Of a DNA stretch of 64,000 nucleotides, positions 53,778 to 64,000 are shown in pieces. Positions within the stretch are counted from its first letter, which is position 1. Each line of letters starts with the position of its first letter. Made by a program: the position numbers and the translations under genes. A model generated the notes under the pieces. That model was not told the origin of the DNA, ran no database searches, and saw only the letters and a list, made by a program, of their open reading frames with translations. The stretch comes from Thermomicrobiales bacterium (GTDB taxonomy: Bacteria; Chloroflexota; Chloroflexia; Thermomicrobiales; UBA6265): NCBI GenBank assembly GCA_049840815.1, contig JASGJI010000012.1, forward strand, positions 40,157-104,156, in the 5' to 3' direction.

Positions 53778-55076
53778 TCAGGACGTGAACTCGCCGTCGT
53801 GTCCGCGCATGTCCTTGATCAGCTCTACCGTCCCGGACGCAACCGCCTTCGACTTCTCCTTCACCCACTGCCGCTGCTCGTCCTTCAGCAGGCCCGCGTA
53901 GACGACCGCCCCAGCCGCGCCCAGCCAGAGCAAGGACGCACCAGCGTTCTTGCCGCCCTCCTTCGCCTGCACGCCAGCCTCGACAACGTGGGCCTGCGCG
54001 GTGCCAACCTTGTCCGTCGCGGAACCGCGCCACTCCTCCAATGCCTTCTCGGCGTGCGCGAGGCTCTCCGCGAAGCGCTTCCCAAGATCCTCACTGGAGA
54101 CCTTCGCCGCGCCCTCGGACGACGAATCGACCACGTCGCTGGCGAGATGCGCCGCTCGCTGCCGCAACTCGTTCAGGCGCGGCATCAGGTGCTCGTCGAC
54201 CAGCGCCTTCAACTCCGGCGCGGAGTCCTTTCCGGAATCGGTCAGCCCGGCGATCAGGTTGCTTGCCTCCGCCGAGAGGTCCTTCAGCGACGGAAACGAG
54301 TGCTCGGACGCCATCGCCGAGAGCGTCGGCAGCGCACCGGGCAGCGAGTCGACCCGCTCCTTGCCCTTGTCCACCGCGTCCGTCAGCGCCGACGAGGCGC
54401 TCTCCTTGAGATCCTTCGCTTTCGGTGCGAGGTCGGCCTGCGATTCCTTGGCCTTCGCCGCGAGCTTCTCGCGCCACTGCTTGCCCAGCTCGCTGTCCGG
54501 ATGCATCAATCCCGCCACATCGACCTCCGCCGGGTTGATCCCCCGCTTCTCCAGCTCGCCCTTCGCGACCTCAACCCAGTCCTTGCCGGAAGCCCTGGCA
54601 TCCGCCGCCTTCGCGGCGACCTGATCGAGCGCCTTGCGCACCTTCTTCGAATCCAGATCGAGCGTCACGCCCCGCTTTTCCAGCTCCTTGCGCGCCCGCT
54701 CGCTCTCGGCGGATGCCAACTGGGTCAGTTCGGCGAGCTTGGCAGAGGCATCCTCCTTGGCTGCCTTCAGGTACTCCGGGCCCTGCGTCTGGGCCGTCTG
54801 CGCGACCTGCTTGCCTGCCGCCTTGAGATGCTTCGCCGCCTCGGACACCTCGGCCCGCGCGTCGCCGACCGCCGCGCTGGATGCCTGTGCGACGCCGAGC
54901 GATGAAGCGGTCGCCTCATGCACGTCCTCGCCGTGCTTGCGGATGCCGTTCAGGAGCGCCGCGACGCCGCCGATCGCCCCAGCAACAAGTCCTGCCGAGA
55001 GCAGCACCTCGCCGTTCGAGCGCGTGGAATCAGCGGATGCTGCCGATTCGTTCTCTGGGTTCGGTAGGGTTGCCAT
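53778..55076 (-). CDS. membrane-anchored alpha-helical repeat (apolipoprotein/LEA-like) protein
   Basis: Two TM-like segments (N-terminal VLLSAGLVAGAIGGVAALL, C-terminal SLLWLGAAGAVVYAGLL) flank ~330 aa of A/K/E/L-rich amphipathic repeats. Confidence 0.6.
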   Translation of the reverse strand: MATLPNPENESAASADSTRSNGEVLLSAGLVAGAIGGVAALLNGIRKHGEDVHEATASSLGVAQASSAAVGDARAEVSEAAKHLKAAGKQVAQTAQTQGPEYLKAAKEDASAKLAELTQLASAESERARKELEKRGVTLDLDSKKVRKALDQVAAKAADARASGKDWVEVAKGELEKRGINPAEVDVAGLMHPDSELGKQWREKLAAKAKESQADLAPKAKDLKESASSALTDAVDKGKERVDSLPGALPTLSAMASEHSFPSLKDLSAEASNLIAGLTDSGKDSAPELKALVDEHLMPRLNELRQRAAHLASDVVDSSSEGAAKVSSEDLGKRFAESLAHAEKALEEWRGSATDKVGTAQAHVVEAGVQAKEGGKNAGASLLWLGAAGAVVYAGLLKDEQRQWVKEKSKAVASGTVELIKDMRGHDGEFTS

Positions 55077-55220
55077 CTGTCCATTCCTCCTTGCGCGGAG
55101 CGCCGATCCGGCCTCTCCGGAGCGCTGGGTCCGTGTCGTATGCTTGAAACTATAGCCACTTGCATGCCAGAACTCGACGGCTGCAGGCACGTTCCCCCGC
55201 ATCTACCCCGAGCAGACCCG

Positions 55221-57221
55221 ATGACCTCCCCCACTCCCTCGTCAAAATCCACCTACGATGTCGTCGTGATCGGCTCCGGCCATGCCGGCTGCGAGGCAGG
55301 GCTCGCCGCAGCCCGCGCGGGAGCACGCACGCTCGTCGTCTCGCCGAACCTCGACCGCACTGGCTACATGCCCTGCAACCCTTCCATCGGCGGTCCGGGC
55401 AAGTCGCAAATCGTGGCGGATGTCGACGCGCTCGGCGGCGCCATGGCACGCATCGCCGACCGCACCGCCGTCCAGGCGCGGGAACTCAATACCAGCAAGG
55501 GGCCTGCCGTCCGCGCCGTTCGCCTCCAATGCGACAAGTCGCTCTACGCAATGGCAATGAAAGAGGAACTGGAGACCCAGGACGGCCTCGACCTCCTGCA
55601 GGACGAGGCCATCGGGCTCCTGCTCGAACCGGGCGACGGCACGGACCACCACGTCGCAACTGGCGTCCGCCTCCGCCTGCTGGGCGAGGTTCGTGCGCGG
55701 TCGGTGGTCGTCACGGCAGGCACCTTCCTGCGTGCCCGGATGATCGCCGGAGAATCCCGCGCGGAGGGCGGTCGCGCAGGAGACAGTACCGACAGCCGCC
55801 TCGCGACCTCCATCGATGCCGTCGGCCTGCGCCTGCGCCGCTTCAAGACCGGCACCCCGCCCCGCATCGACGCCCGCACCGTGGACGTCGACCGCTGTAT
55901 GGTCCAGCCGGGCGGCGACCATCCGCTCTTCCTCAGCCGCGATGGCAAGCTGGGGCGACTCGATCAATTCCTCGTCCCGCCTGCCCGCGACGGCATCTTC
56001 GCGACCGTCGATGACCTCGGCGGACGTCGCCAGCTCCGCTGCTTCCAGACATGGACGACTCCGGAGGCCCACGCGGTGATCCGTGCCAATCTCGACCGGG
56101 CGCCGATGTACAACGGCGGCATCGAGGGGACGGGACCGCGCTACTGCCCCTCCATCGAGGACAAGGTCGGCCGCTTCGCCGACAAGGAGAGCCACCCGCT
56201 CTACCTCGAACCAGAATGCTGGCGCTCGCACGAGATCTATATCCAGGGCCTCAGCACCAGTCTTCCCGCCGACGTGCAGGAAGCCGTGCTCCACGCCATC
56301 CCCGGTCTGGAGCATGCCCGCATCACCCGCTTCGGATACGCCGTCGAATACGACGCGCTCGATCCCACCGAACTTCTGCCCACGCTGGAAGCACGCCGCA
56401 TCGCCGGTCTCTTCACCGCCGGGCAGGTGAATGGCACATCGGGCTATGAGGAGGCCGCTGGCCAGGGCATCGTCGCGGGCGCGAATGCCGCCGCCCACGC
56501 GCAGGATCGCGCTCCGATGCACCTGCTCCGCAGCGACGCCTACATCGGCGTGATGCTGGACGATCTCGTCTCCAAGCCGTTCACCGAGCCGTACCGGATG
56601 CTCACCTCCCGTGCGGAATACCGGCTGGTATTGCGCAGCGACAACGCCGCCCAGCGCCTCACCGACATTGCGGCATCCATGCACCTCCTGCCAGACGAGG
56701 AACGACGCGAGCGCGAGGACGAGAACGCCGAAGTGGCATCCATCGCGGATCGCCTGCCGGCCATCTGGCTGGGCGACAACCCACGCCACGCCGCTGCCCT
56801 CCTTGCGGCTGGTCTCGATCCTGCCTCCCGTTCGATGAGTGCCCTGGAGCTGGTGCGGAGGCCCGGTGCGACGTTCACGCAGGTTCTGGCCGCACTGAAT
56901 GCGCTCGGCCTCTGGGATGGCCCCCTTCCGACCTCACCCGTGGTGATCGAACGAGCGGAGATCGCGGCGAAGTACAGCGCGTTCATCGCGAAGGAGGAGA
57001 AGGAGGTCGAGCGGTTTCGCGCACACGATGCCCATACCATCCCGGACTCGCTCGGCTTCGACGCCGTGATCGGCCTCCGCGTGGAGGCGGCGCAGGCACT
57101 CTCCCGCGCTCGCCCCACCACCATCGGGCAGGCGTCGCGGACGGCCGGCGTCGCCCCATCGGACATCGGTGCGCTGCTCATCCACCTGAAACGCCGGGAA
57201 GGCGCCGTTCTTGCATCGTGA
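55221..57221 (+). CDS. mnmG: tRNA uridine 5-carboxymethylaminomethyl modification enzyme MnmG
   Basis: YDVVVIGSGHAGCEAGLAAAR (FAD fold), RFKTGTPPRID, GPRYCPSIEDK. Confidence 0.95.
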   Translation: MTSPTPSSKSTYDVVVIGSGHAGCEAGLAAARAGARTLVVSPNLDRTGYMPCNPSIGGPGKSQIVADVDALGGAMARIADRTAVQARELNTSKGPAVRAVRLQCDKSLYAMAMKEELETQDGLDLLQDEAIGLLLEPGDGTDHHVATGVRLRLLGEVRARSVVVTAGTFLRARMIAGESRAEGGRAGDSTDSRLATSIDAVGLRLRRFKTGTPPRIDARTVDVDRCMVQPGGDHPLFLSRDGKLGRLDQFLVPPARDGIFATVDDLGGRRQLRCFQTWTTPEAHAVIRANLDRAPMYNGGIEGTGPRYCPSIEDKVGRFADKESHPLYLEPECWRSHEIYIQGLSTSLPADVQEAVLHAIPGLEHARITRFGYAVEYDALDPTELLPTLEARRIAGLFTAGQVNGTSGYEEAAGQGIVAGANAAAHAQDRAPMHLLRSDAYIGVMLDDLVSKPFTEPYRMLTSRAEYRLVLRSDNAAQRLTDIAASMHLLPDEERREREDENAEVASIADRLPAIWLGDNPRHAAALLAAGLDPASRSMSALELVRRPGATFTQVLAALNALGLWDGPLPTSPVVIERAEIAAKYSAFIAKEEKEVERFRAHDAHTIPDSLGFDAVIGLRVEAAQALSRARPTTIGQASRTAGVAPSDIGALLIHLKRREGAVLAS

Positions 57222-57371
57222 CCCGGGAATCCGGCGAGCTGGACAGGCCGAACGGACTCCCCGAACGCGTTCATCCGACATTGACACGGGGACTTGCGCG
57301 AAGGACTACAATAAGGGTCGACACGCACAACCGAAGCACGTAAGATTCGCGGTTGCGCGTATCCTTGCTGG

Positions 57372-57929
57372 ATGTTCCAGTACGGACTCTCTCCTATGAA
57401 GGAATCTCACTTGGTCAGTCTGCGTCAAGCATTTCGACCAGTTCCTGCCGACCGCACCGTTCCCGACTCCAGGCGCATCCTGGTCCCCGTCTCCGGCGGG
57501 CCAAGCGACGACCGCCTGTTGAAGTTCGTCGAGAAGATCGCTCGCAAGCAGAACTCGAATGTCACCCTTATCTATGTCGTGGAAGTCCAGCAGTCCATGC
57601 CCCTCGATGCCGAGTTGCCGCTCGAGATCGAGCGCGGCGAGCAGGTACTCCACCACGCCGAGAAGATCGGCATGACCTGCGTCGATGGGCGTGCCGCGAG
57701 TCTCTCGACCGAACTCCTCCAGGCTCGCTCGGCAGGCGCCGCCATCGTCGACGAAGCCATCGACCGCAACTCCGACGTCATCGTCATGGGCACCACGATC
57801 AAGCGGAAGTTCGGTCGCCCCACCATTGGGGAAACGGTCGACTACGTTCTCAAGAACGCCCCCTGCGAAGTGCTCGTCGTTCGCCCCGCCATGCCGGACT
57901 GGCTGGCGGATACCATGGAGGGCGCATGA
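57372..57929 (+). CDS. universal stress protein family
   Basis: ILVPVSGGPSD..., VIVMGT..., GETVDYVLKNAPCEVLVVR. The start is either 57372 or 57396. Confidence 0.8.
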   Translation: MFQYGLSPMKESHLVSLRQAFRPVPADRTVPDSRRILVPVSGGPSDDRLLKFVEKIARKQNSNVTLIYVVEVQQSMPLDAELPLEIERGEQVLHHAEKIGMTCVDGRAASLSTELLQARSAGAAIVDEAIDRNSDVIVMGTTIKRKFGRPTIGETVDYVLKNAPCEVLVVRPAMPDWLADTMEGA

Positions 57930-58345
57930 ACGTCATCATCATGGGATGCGGCCGGGTCGGCGCGCGCGTCGCATCGCTGCTCGACCAGAACGGGCACACC
58001 GTCACGGTGATCGACACCAACTCCGCCGCCTTCAAACGCCTTTCTCCCGACTTTGCCGGTGAGGCGATCATCGGCACGGGCATCGACGAGGATGTCCTCC
58101 GATCCGCCGGGATCGAAGACGCCCATGCCTTCGTCGCCGTCACGAATGGAGACAACCGGAACATCATGGCGGCGCAGGTGGCCCGCACGGTCTTCAAGGT
58201 GCCGCAGGTGATCTGCCGCATCTACGATCCGGTGCGCGAGGACACCTATCGCCGGCTTGGACTTTCCACCGTCTGCCCGACCACCACGGTCTCCGCGCTG
58301 ATCATCGATCAGGTGATCTCCGCGGCCGATTCACTCCGCGCCTGA
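57926..58345 (+). CDS. trkA: TrkA-N (NAD-binding) potassium transport regulatory protein
   Basis: MNVIIMGCGRVGARVA is a Rossmann GxGxxG motif. ATGA overlap with usp. Confidence 0.85.
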   Translation: MNVIIMGCGRVGARVASLLDQNGHTVTVIDTNSAAFKRLSPDFAGEAIIGTGIDEDVLRSAGIEDAHAFVAVTNGDNRNIMAAQVARTVFKVPQVICRIYDPVREDTYRRLGLSTVCPTTTVSALIIDQVISAADSLRA

Positions 58346-58361
58346 GGAAGGACTGCATTTC

Positions 58362-59021
58362 GTGTACATCATCGTCGTTGGTGGCGGCAAGGTCGGCTAC
58401 TACCTTACGAAGACCCTTGTCAACGAGGGGCACGAGGTCCTGCTCATCGAGCGCGATCCGTCCAAAGTGGAGATCTACGCCGAGCGCTTCGGCTCGGTGG
58501 TGCTCGCGGGGGATGGCGCTGAGGCAGCGGTGCTGGCCGCCGCCGGAGCAGCCCGCGCGGATGTCGTGATCGCCGTGACCGGCGAGGACGAGGACAACCT
58601 CGTCGTCTGCCAGGTCGCGAAGACGAAGTTCCACGTCGGACGGACCATCGCCCGCGTGAACAACCCGAAGAACGAACAGCTCTTCCGGGTGCTCGGGGTG
58701 GATGTCACGGTCAGTCAGACGAACTTCATCCTCAACCTGATCGAACAGGCGATCCCGGAGCGGAACTTCATCCACCTCCTCAGCTTGCGGCACGCCGATC
58801 TCAGCATCGTGGAGGCCTCCGTCTCAGAGGATTCGCCGATCGCGAACCAGACGCTGGATGAGATCGAGTTGCCGGTCGATTGCGTGATCGCCGCCATCGC
58901 CCGCGGCGTCGAGGTGATCGTCCCGCGAGGATCGACTCGCATCGAGCCGGGCGACGAGGTGATCGCCATCACCCACCGCGCCGAGGAAGACGAGCTGCGC
59001 CGCCTGCTCGTCTCGGAGTAG
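58362..59021 (+). CDS. trkA: TrkA-N + TrkA-C potassium transport regulatory protein
   Basis: IIVVGGGKVGYYL and a C-terminal TrkA-C-like region (IEPGDEVIAI). Confidence 0.85.
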   Translation: MYIIVVGGGKVGYYLTKTLVNEGHEVLLIERDPSKVEIYAERFGSVVLAGDGAEAAVLAAAGAARADVVIAVTGEDEDNLVVCQVAKTKFHVGRTIARVNNPKNEQLFRVLGVDVTVSQTNFILNLIEQAIPERNFIHLLSLRHADLSIVEASVSEDSPIANQTLDEIELPVDCVIAAIARGVEVIVPRGSTRIEPGDEVIAITHRAEEDELRRLLVSE

Positions 59022-59062
59022 CGTCCTCGTCCTCTCGCCGCGCTACAGCCGCCCCCGAATCT

Positions 59063-59091
59063 GGACGGGCGATCGTGAGGATCGCCCGTCC
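59063..59091 (+). terminator. 12-bp stem hairpin after trkA
   Basis: GGACGGGCGATC-gtgag-GATCGCCCGTCC. Confidence 0.55.
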
Positions 59092-59118
59092 ATGACCAGA
59101 TAGTGATTCCGGACGCTG

Positions 59119-59162
59119 CCCGAAACCCCACCGCCGACTCACATCGGGGGTGGGGTTTCGGG
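59119..59162 (-). terminator. 14-bp stem hairpin after gdh
   Basis: CCCGAAACCCCACC ... GGTGGGGTTTCGGG with a 16-nt loop. Confidence 0.5.
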
Positions 59163-59185
59163 TCACGTGGCCCGCAGACCAACTG

Positions 59186-60475
59186 CTATGGGTAGACGCC
59201 TCGCAGCTTGGAGAACTCGGCGACACGTTCGATCGCCCGAACCAGCGCGCCAGTCCGCATGTGAACGTCGTACTTCTGGGAGGTCTCGAAGACAGCCTGA
59301 TACGACTGCCGCATGATGTTCCGCAGCCGCTCATTCACCTCGCGCTCCGTCCAGGCGAACGACTGAAGCGATTGCACCCACTCGAAGTAGGACACCGTCA
59401 CGCCGCCCGCGTTCGCGAGGATGTCCGGCAACACCAGCACGCCCCGGTCGTGGAGGATATCATCCGCGGCAGGTGTGGTCGGACCGTTGGCAGCCTCGGC
59501 GATCAACCACGCCTTCACGTCCGGCGCGTTGTCCTCCGTGATTTGCCCCTCCAGCGCCGCCGGAATCAATACATCGCAGTCGATGGTAAGCAGTTCCTCG
59601 TTCGAGATGGCATCCGCGCCGGGGAATCCGGCGACGGAACCCGTCTCCGCCTTGAACGCGAGCACGGCAGCAATGTCGAGTCCGGACGGAGAACCAATGC
59701 CTCCGCGAGAGTCGCTGACCGCGACGATCAGCGCCCCCTGCTGGTCCAGCAACTCCGCCGCAATCGCCCCGGCATTGCCGAATCCCTGAATGGCGACGCG
59801 TGCGCCTTCCAGCGGCTTGCCCGCGTTCCGGTACGCCTCCTCGATCACGAAGACACACCCTCGCGCGGTCGCCTCGTTGCGGCCGGCGGAACCACCAAGC
59901 GAGATCGGCTTGCCTGTCACGACACTCGGAGAGAACTCCCCGACATTCTTCGAGTATGTGTCGACGATCCAGGCCATCACTTGGGGAGTCGTATTGACAT
60001 CCGGTGCCGGAATGTCGCGATAGGGGCCGATGATCGGCTGGATCTCCGTCGTATAGCGACGGGTGAGCCGCTCGAGTTCTCCCACCGACAACTGCTTGGG
60101 ATCGACTTCGACCCCACCCTTTGCCCCGCCATAGGGAAGTCCGACGACAGCACACTTCCAGGTCATCCACATGGCGAGCGCCTTGACCTCGGAGATCGAG
60201 ACGTTCTGATGGTAGCGAATGCCGCCCTTGGTTGGACCTGGCGCGCTGTTGTGCTGGACTCGGTGACCAGTAATCACATGAACCGATCCATCGTCCATCA
60301 CAACCGGGAAGTTGACGGTCAGCTCGCGCTGGCAGGTGGTGAGGACGCGCCGGATGTTGTCGTCGAGGCCGATCACGTCCGCCGCAATCGAGAACTGCTC
60401 GACCGCTGTCTGGAAGAGGTTCTCGCTTACATCCCTCCCGACTGTCGGACGCATCGGGATGAATTCGCTCCGCAA
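59186..60475 (-). CDS. gdhA: NAD(P)-specific glutamate dehydrogenase
   Basis: GPTKGGIRYH, GLPYGGAKGGV and QGFGNAGAIAAELL. Confidence 0.93.
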   Translation of the reverse strand: MRSEFIPMRPTVGRDVSENLFQTAVEQFSIAADVIGLDDNIRRVLTTCQRELTVNFPVVMDDGSVHVITGHRVQHNSAPGPTKGGIRYHQNVSISEVKALAMWMTWKCAVVGLPYGGAKGGVEVDPKQLSVGELERLTRRYTTEIQPIIGPYRDIPAPDVNTTPQVMAWIVDTYSKNVGEFSPSVVTGKPISLGGSAGRNEATARGCVFVIEEAYRNAGKPLEGARVAIQGFGNAGAIAAELLDQQGALIVAVSDSRGGIGSPSGLDIAAVLAFKAETGSVAGFPGADAISNEELLTIDCDVLIPAALEGQITEDNAPDVKAWLIAEAANGPTTPAADDILHDRGVLVLPDILANAGGVTVSYFEWVQSLQSFAWTEREVNERLRNIMRQSYQAVFETSQKYDVHMRTGALVRAIERVAEFSKLRGVYP

Positions 60476-60639
60476 CGGTTGCCATGCTGAATCTCCTGTT
60501 ATGCAATGAGGCTAACGACCATTTTCATCTTTGGTCTCATTGCCCATATACGCGAGGAGAATCATACCCGCGTTCTGGCAATGTGGGCGATTCCGGGGCA
60601 TCGACGATCCGGCCAACCAACGACAACGGGACGGCTCGT

Positions 60640-62173
60640 TCAGAGCCGCCCCGTTCGCTGTCGTGTGCCGGTGATGAGAGGACGCTCAGCCAAGCAACTC
60701 GAGCAGTGTGGCGCGCACTGCATCCGGTCGCGCCCGTCCCCCGTGCGCTTCATCGTCTCACCGATCAGGCGACCGAGCGCGGCCTGCTTGCCACCTCGGA
60801 AATCCTCGGCCACGGCCGGGTTGGCGTCGATCGCCTCCTGCGCGGCGGTGCGGACGGCATCGCCGTCGTCGATGGAGAGGAGGTTCAGTCGGGCTGCTGC
60901 AACCGAGGGCAGTTCACCATCCTCGATCTGCGGAAGGAGATCCTTGGCCGCGCGCCCCGTCAGCTTGCCGCTCTGCACGGCATCCACAAGGTCTGCAATC
61001 TGGGCAGCCGAGAAGGGCAGCGTGTCGACCGCCATGCTGCGCGCCCGAGCCAGGCCCATCACGTCGTTCACGATCCAGTTCGCAGTGGCGCGGCGGGTCT
61101 CCGCGTCGTCCTTGCCGGCAATCGCCTCCTGGTACAGGTCCGCGATCGGGCGCTCGTCGGTGAGGATCGCGGCGTCGTTCGGCGCGAGGCCGTAGTTGGC
61201 AACGAACCGGGCACGACGGGCAGCCGGCAGTTCCGGCATCTGGTCGCGCACCTGCTGGACTGCCTCCTGGGCGATCTTCAGTGGCGGCAGGTCCGGCTCC
61301 GGGAAGTACCGATAATCGTGGGCGGCTTCCTTGGTGCGCTGGGAGGTGGTCTCCCCTCGCCCGTCGTTCCAGCCGCGCGTCTCCTGCACGAGGGTGCCAC
61401 CGGCGGTAACGACCTCGCGCTGGCGGATTTCCTCGTAGCGGAGCGCCCGCTCGACGGCGCGGAACGAATTCATGTTCTTGATCTCGACCTTCGGGCCGAT
61501 ATAGGAGCCATCGAAGGCACGGATCGAAATGTTGGCGTCGCAGCGGAAAGCGCCGTCCTCCATGTTCGCGGTGGACGCGCCGATGTAACGCAGGATCTGT
61601 CGCAGGGCAACGAGGTACTCCCGCGCTTCTTCCGGCGAACGCAGGTCCGGCTCGCCGACGATCTCCATCAGCGGCACGCCCGAGCGGTTGAGGTCCACAA
61701 GGCTGGCGCTACCGCCAAACGACTCATCGTGAACGAGCCTGCCCGGTGTCTTCCTCGATATGCACGCGCGTGATGCCGGCCGTCTTCTCGTAGCCGTCCA
61801 CGAAGAAGGTCAGCGTGCCATCGATGCAGAGCGGCAGATCGTATTGCGAGATCTGGTAGCCCTTGGGCAGGTCGGGGTAGACGTAGTTCTTGCGGTCCAT
61901 CTTGCAGTGATCGGGCACGTCGCAGTTCAGCGCCAGGCCGGTACGAATCACCGTATCGATCGCGGCGCGATTGATGACCGGAAGCGCGCCCGGCAGGCCG
62001 AGGCAGACCGGGCAAACGTGCGTGTTCGGGGCCGCGTTCGCATAGTCGGCGGAACACCCGCAATACATCTTGCTCTTCGTCAGCACCTGGGCGTGGACTT
62101 CGAGCCCGATGATGGTCTGGAATCCGGCGGCGGTCGAAGCCTCCGGAACGGCGGTGGTTGCTGCGGCAGACAC
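60640..62173 (-). pseudogene. gatB: Asp/Glu-tRNA amidotransferase subunit B, reading frame broken by 1 nt at 61742-61744
   Basis: The N-terminal part (61724-62173) ends ...[14 protein letters not shown]. The continuation [32 protein letters not shown]... lies in the adjacent frame. Removing one C from the CCC run restores EEDTGRLVH. Confidence 0.85.
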
Positions 62174-62734
62174 GCGGCAAGCTCCCTTTCGGTCATGGTC
62201 GAGTCAGCGAACCCGCGCGTGGCCATTGCCATGCGGCGGGCAGGATCAGGAGGGCCAGCGGCAGCAACGATAGACACCCATGCGCAGCCGCGGCGCCAGT
62301 CAGGAACAGCATACCCTGCGCAGCCAGCAGAAGTGCGTGCCGGACATGCGTATTACCCGGGACCGCTTCTCTGAAGCTTGGGCCGGAGCACCGTCACCTC
62401 GATCCTCCGGCCGGAACGGTCGGGAATGCCCTGCCTGCCTGCCCAAACACCGTCCACCGCGAGATTCCCGCCAGTTTCGATAGGAATGACTCCTACCTGA
62501 ACAGGATACGCACCTGTTGGTGTGATACCATTTTCACGATCCAACGGGCAGTTCCGGAGATTTCCGGAATCGCTCGCGGGGCGATCGGGGCACCGCCCTC
62601 GGAGCAGGAGACCCCTCCGCCCGTTGCTCGCGATCGCCCGCATCCGGAGCGCCGGGGCCCTCGATGACGAGACGCATATCCCGACCGCATCCGCTGAACC
62701 GACCGCGCTGTGCCGACGGAGGCATTTCCCAGAC

Positions 62735-64000
62735 ATGGTCACCACCACGCAGCAGAAGATGGTCACGGGCAAGATCAACGGCCAAGATGTGACCGTCCCC
62801 GCTGGCACCCAGATTCTCGAGGCGGCGCGCCTCGTCGGCATCGAGATTCCGAATCTCTGCTACCAGCCACTCCTGCGGCCATGGGGATCGTGCCGCATCT
62901 GCACGGTGGAGATCCTCGGGCGACGCGGCGGCCTCATCGAGTCCTGCGCCACCCCGCTCGGCGACGGCATGGAAGTACTCACCCACTCGCCGGAGGCCCT
63001 CCAGGCGCGTCAGTACATCCTCCAGATGTACCTGATCGACCACGCGCTGGACTGCCCCACCTGCGACAAATCGGGCGAGTGTTACTTGCAGGACAACACC
63101 TACCTGCACAACATCAACGCCAACCCGTATCGCCGTCCCAAGTTCTCGCAGCCATACGAGCACTTCAGCGCCACCATTGATTACAAGTGGGACCGCTGCA
63201 TCATGTGCAACCGCTGCACGCGGACCTGCGACGAGGTAATCGGCGTCCTCGCCATCGAATCTGCCAACCGCAGCCTCGAGGCGACGATCACCCCGGCCTT
63301 CGGCATGGACCTGAGCGAGACGGACTGCACGAACTGCGGCATGTGCATCGCAGTCTGCCCCGTCGGCGCGCTCACGGATCGCCATTTCGGTCACCACCCG
63401 TGGGAGCTTGACTCCACCGAGACGATCTGCGGTTTCTGCGATGGTGGTTGCACCATCAATGTCGAGTCCAACAAGGGCATCGTCCGCCGCGTCAGCCACC
63501 TCTGGGAACGTGGTGTCAACCACGGCTACACCTGCGAGAAGGGCAAATGGGGTCACGAGACCATCCAATCCCCGGACCGCATCTTCTACCCGCGCCTGCG
63601 GGAAGCGAACGGCCAGGTCTACGAGACCGGCTGGGACGAGATCGTTGCCCACGTCGCCGATCAGTTCGGCCACTACCAGGGCAACAGGTTCGCCGCGCTG
63701 GCTTCCGGGGAGAACACCAACGAGGAGGCCTATGCCCTCCAGCAGTTCTCCCGCGCCGTCATGCAGTCCAACAGCGTCAACCGCCTGCTCTCCCCGGCCC
63801 AGATGGCCGTCGAGCGCACGACGCGGCAGGCATTCGGGCACGATGTCGCCAGCACGAACAACCTGCAGGAACTCTTCACCGCTGCCAAGAATGTCCTGGT
63901 AGTCGGGCCGTCGATCTTCGAGCACTCGCCCATCGTCTCCTACTGGATCAACCACGCCCGCCTCTATCGTGAGGCCCGCATCGTCGTGGTGAGCACGGAG
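62735..64000 (+). CDS. nuoG: NuoG / formate-dehydrogenase-alpha-like Fe-S molybdopterin oxidoreductase subunit (3'-partial)
   Basis: Absent from the ORF track because it has no stop in the window. The ATG at 62735 has a GACGGAGG RBS. 2Fe-2S CYQPLLRPWGSCRICTV, HALDCPTCDKSGEC, CIMCNRCTRTC, CTNCGMCIAVCP, then CGFCDGGC. Confidence 0.88.
   Translation, partial: MVTTTQQKMVTGKINGQDVTVPAGTQILEAARLVGIEIPNLCYQPLLRPWGSCRICTVEILGRRGGLIESCATPLGDGMEVLTHSPEALQARQYILQMYLIDHALDCPTCDKSGECYLQDNTYLHNINANPYRRPKFSQPYEHFSATIDYKWDRCIMCNRCTRTCDEVIGVLAIESANRSLEATITPAFGMDLSETDCTNCGMCIAVCPVGALTDRHFGHHPWELDSTETICGFCDGGCTINVESNKGIVRRVSHLWERGVNHGYTCEKGKWGHETIQSPDRIFYPRLREANGQVYETGWDEIVAHVADQFGHYQGNRFAALASGENTNEEAYALQQFSRAVMQSNSVNRLLSPAQMAVERTTRQAFGHDVASTNNLQELFTAAKNVLVVGPSIFEHSPIVSYWINHARLYREARIVVVSTE

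Noticed and set aside
62180-62734. 550-bp gap between gatB and the nuoG-like gene. A 39-aa hydrophobic ORF ([39 protein letters not shown]) lies on the minus strand upstream of gatB
   Set aside because: It is too short and lacks a clear RBS, so it cannot be supported without comparative or ribosome-profiling data. I recognised no structured RNA motif.

Overview
This is a high-GC bacterial chromosomal window with three parts.

(1) 1-21.2 kb is the right-hand part of an integrated mobile element whose left end lies outside the window. It abuts the 3' end of tRNA-His. It carries:
- a CHC2 Zn-finger primase-like gene plus a DUF3987-like helicase-like gene;
- a lower-GC cargo island: an orphan gene, a HipA-like kinase overlapping a DUF3037-like gene, and a three-gene operon ending in a PIN nuclease;
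- a leftward array of small genes punctuated by strong hairpins (excisionase-like HTH, Zn-ribbon, ArdC-N-like);
- an XRE switch region and a dense non-coding control region with several iteron and palindrome families;
- a ~105-bp AT-rich palindromic module present twice in inverted orientation 11.6 kb apart;
- a 2,287-aa cysteine-free orphan giant ORF.

(2) Core genes:
- tRNA-His, rnpB, tRNA-Leu and tRNA-Thr, then a TPR protein, ruvB, queA, an HD hydrolase, a cyclophilin, a Rad52-like gene, tilS and a class-A beta-lactamase-like gene;
- further right: pcrA, dnaG, tRNA-Pro, tRNA-Arg, hpf, thiD, thiE, an ATL protein, secA, mnmG, usp, two trkA genes, gdh, gatB (frameshifted) and a nuoG-like gene running off the window.

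(3) 30,265-41,607 is a complete 11.3-kb integrative element. It is bounded by a 46-bp direct repeat of the 3' part of a tRNA(CAT) gene. It carries a tyrosine integrase, an excisionase, and a second Zn-finger plus large helicase-like replication module.

No CRISPR array, rRNA or transposase was seen. The best candidate for a new system is the kinase/DUF3037-like pair and its neighbouring PIN operon in the cargo island. All family names come from motif recognition by eye; no searches were run, and RNA ends and some start codons are approximate.
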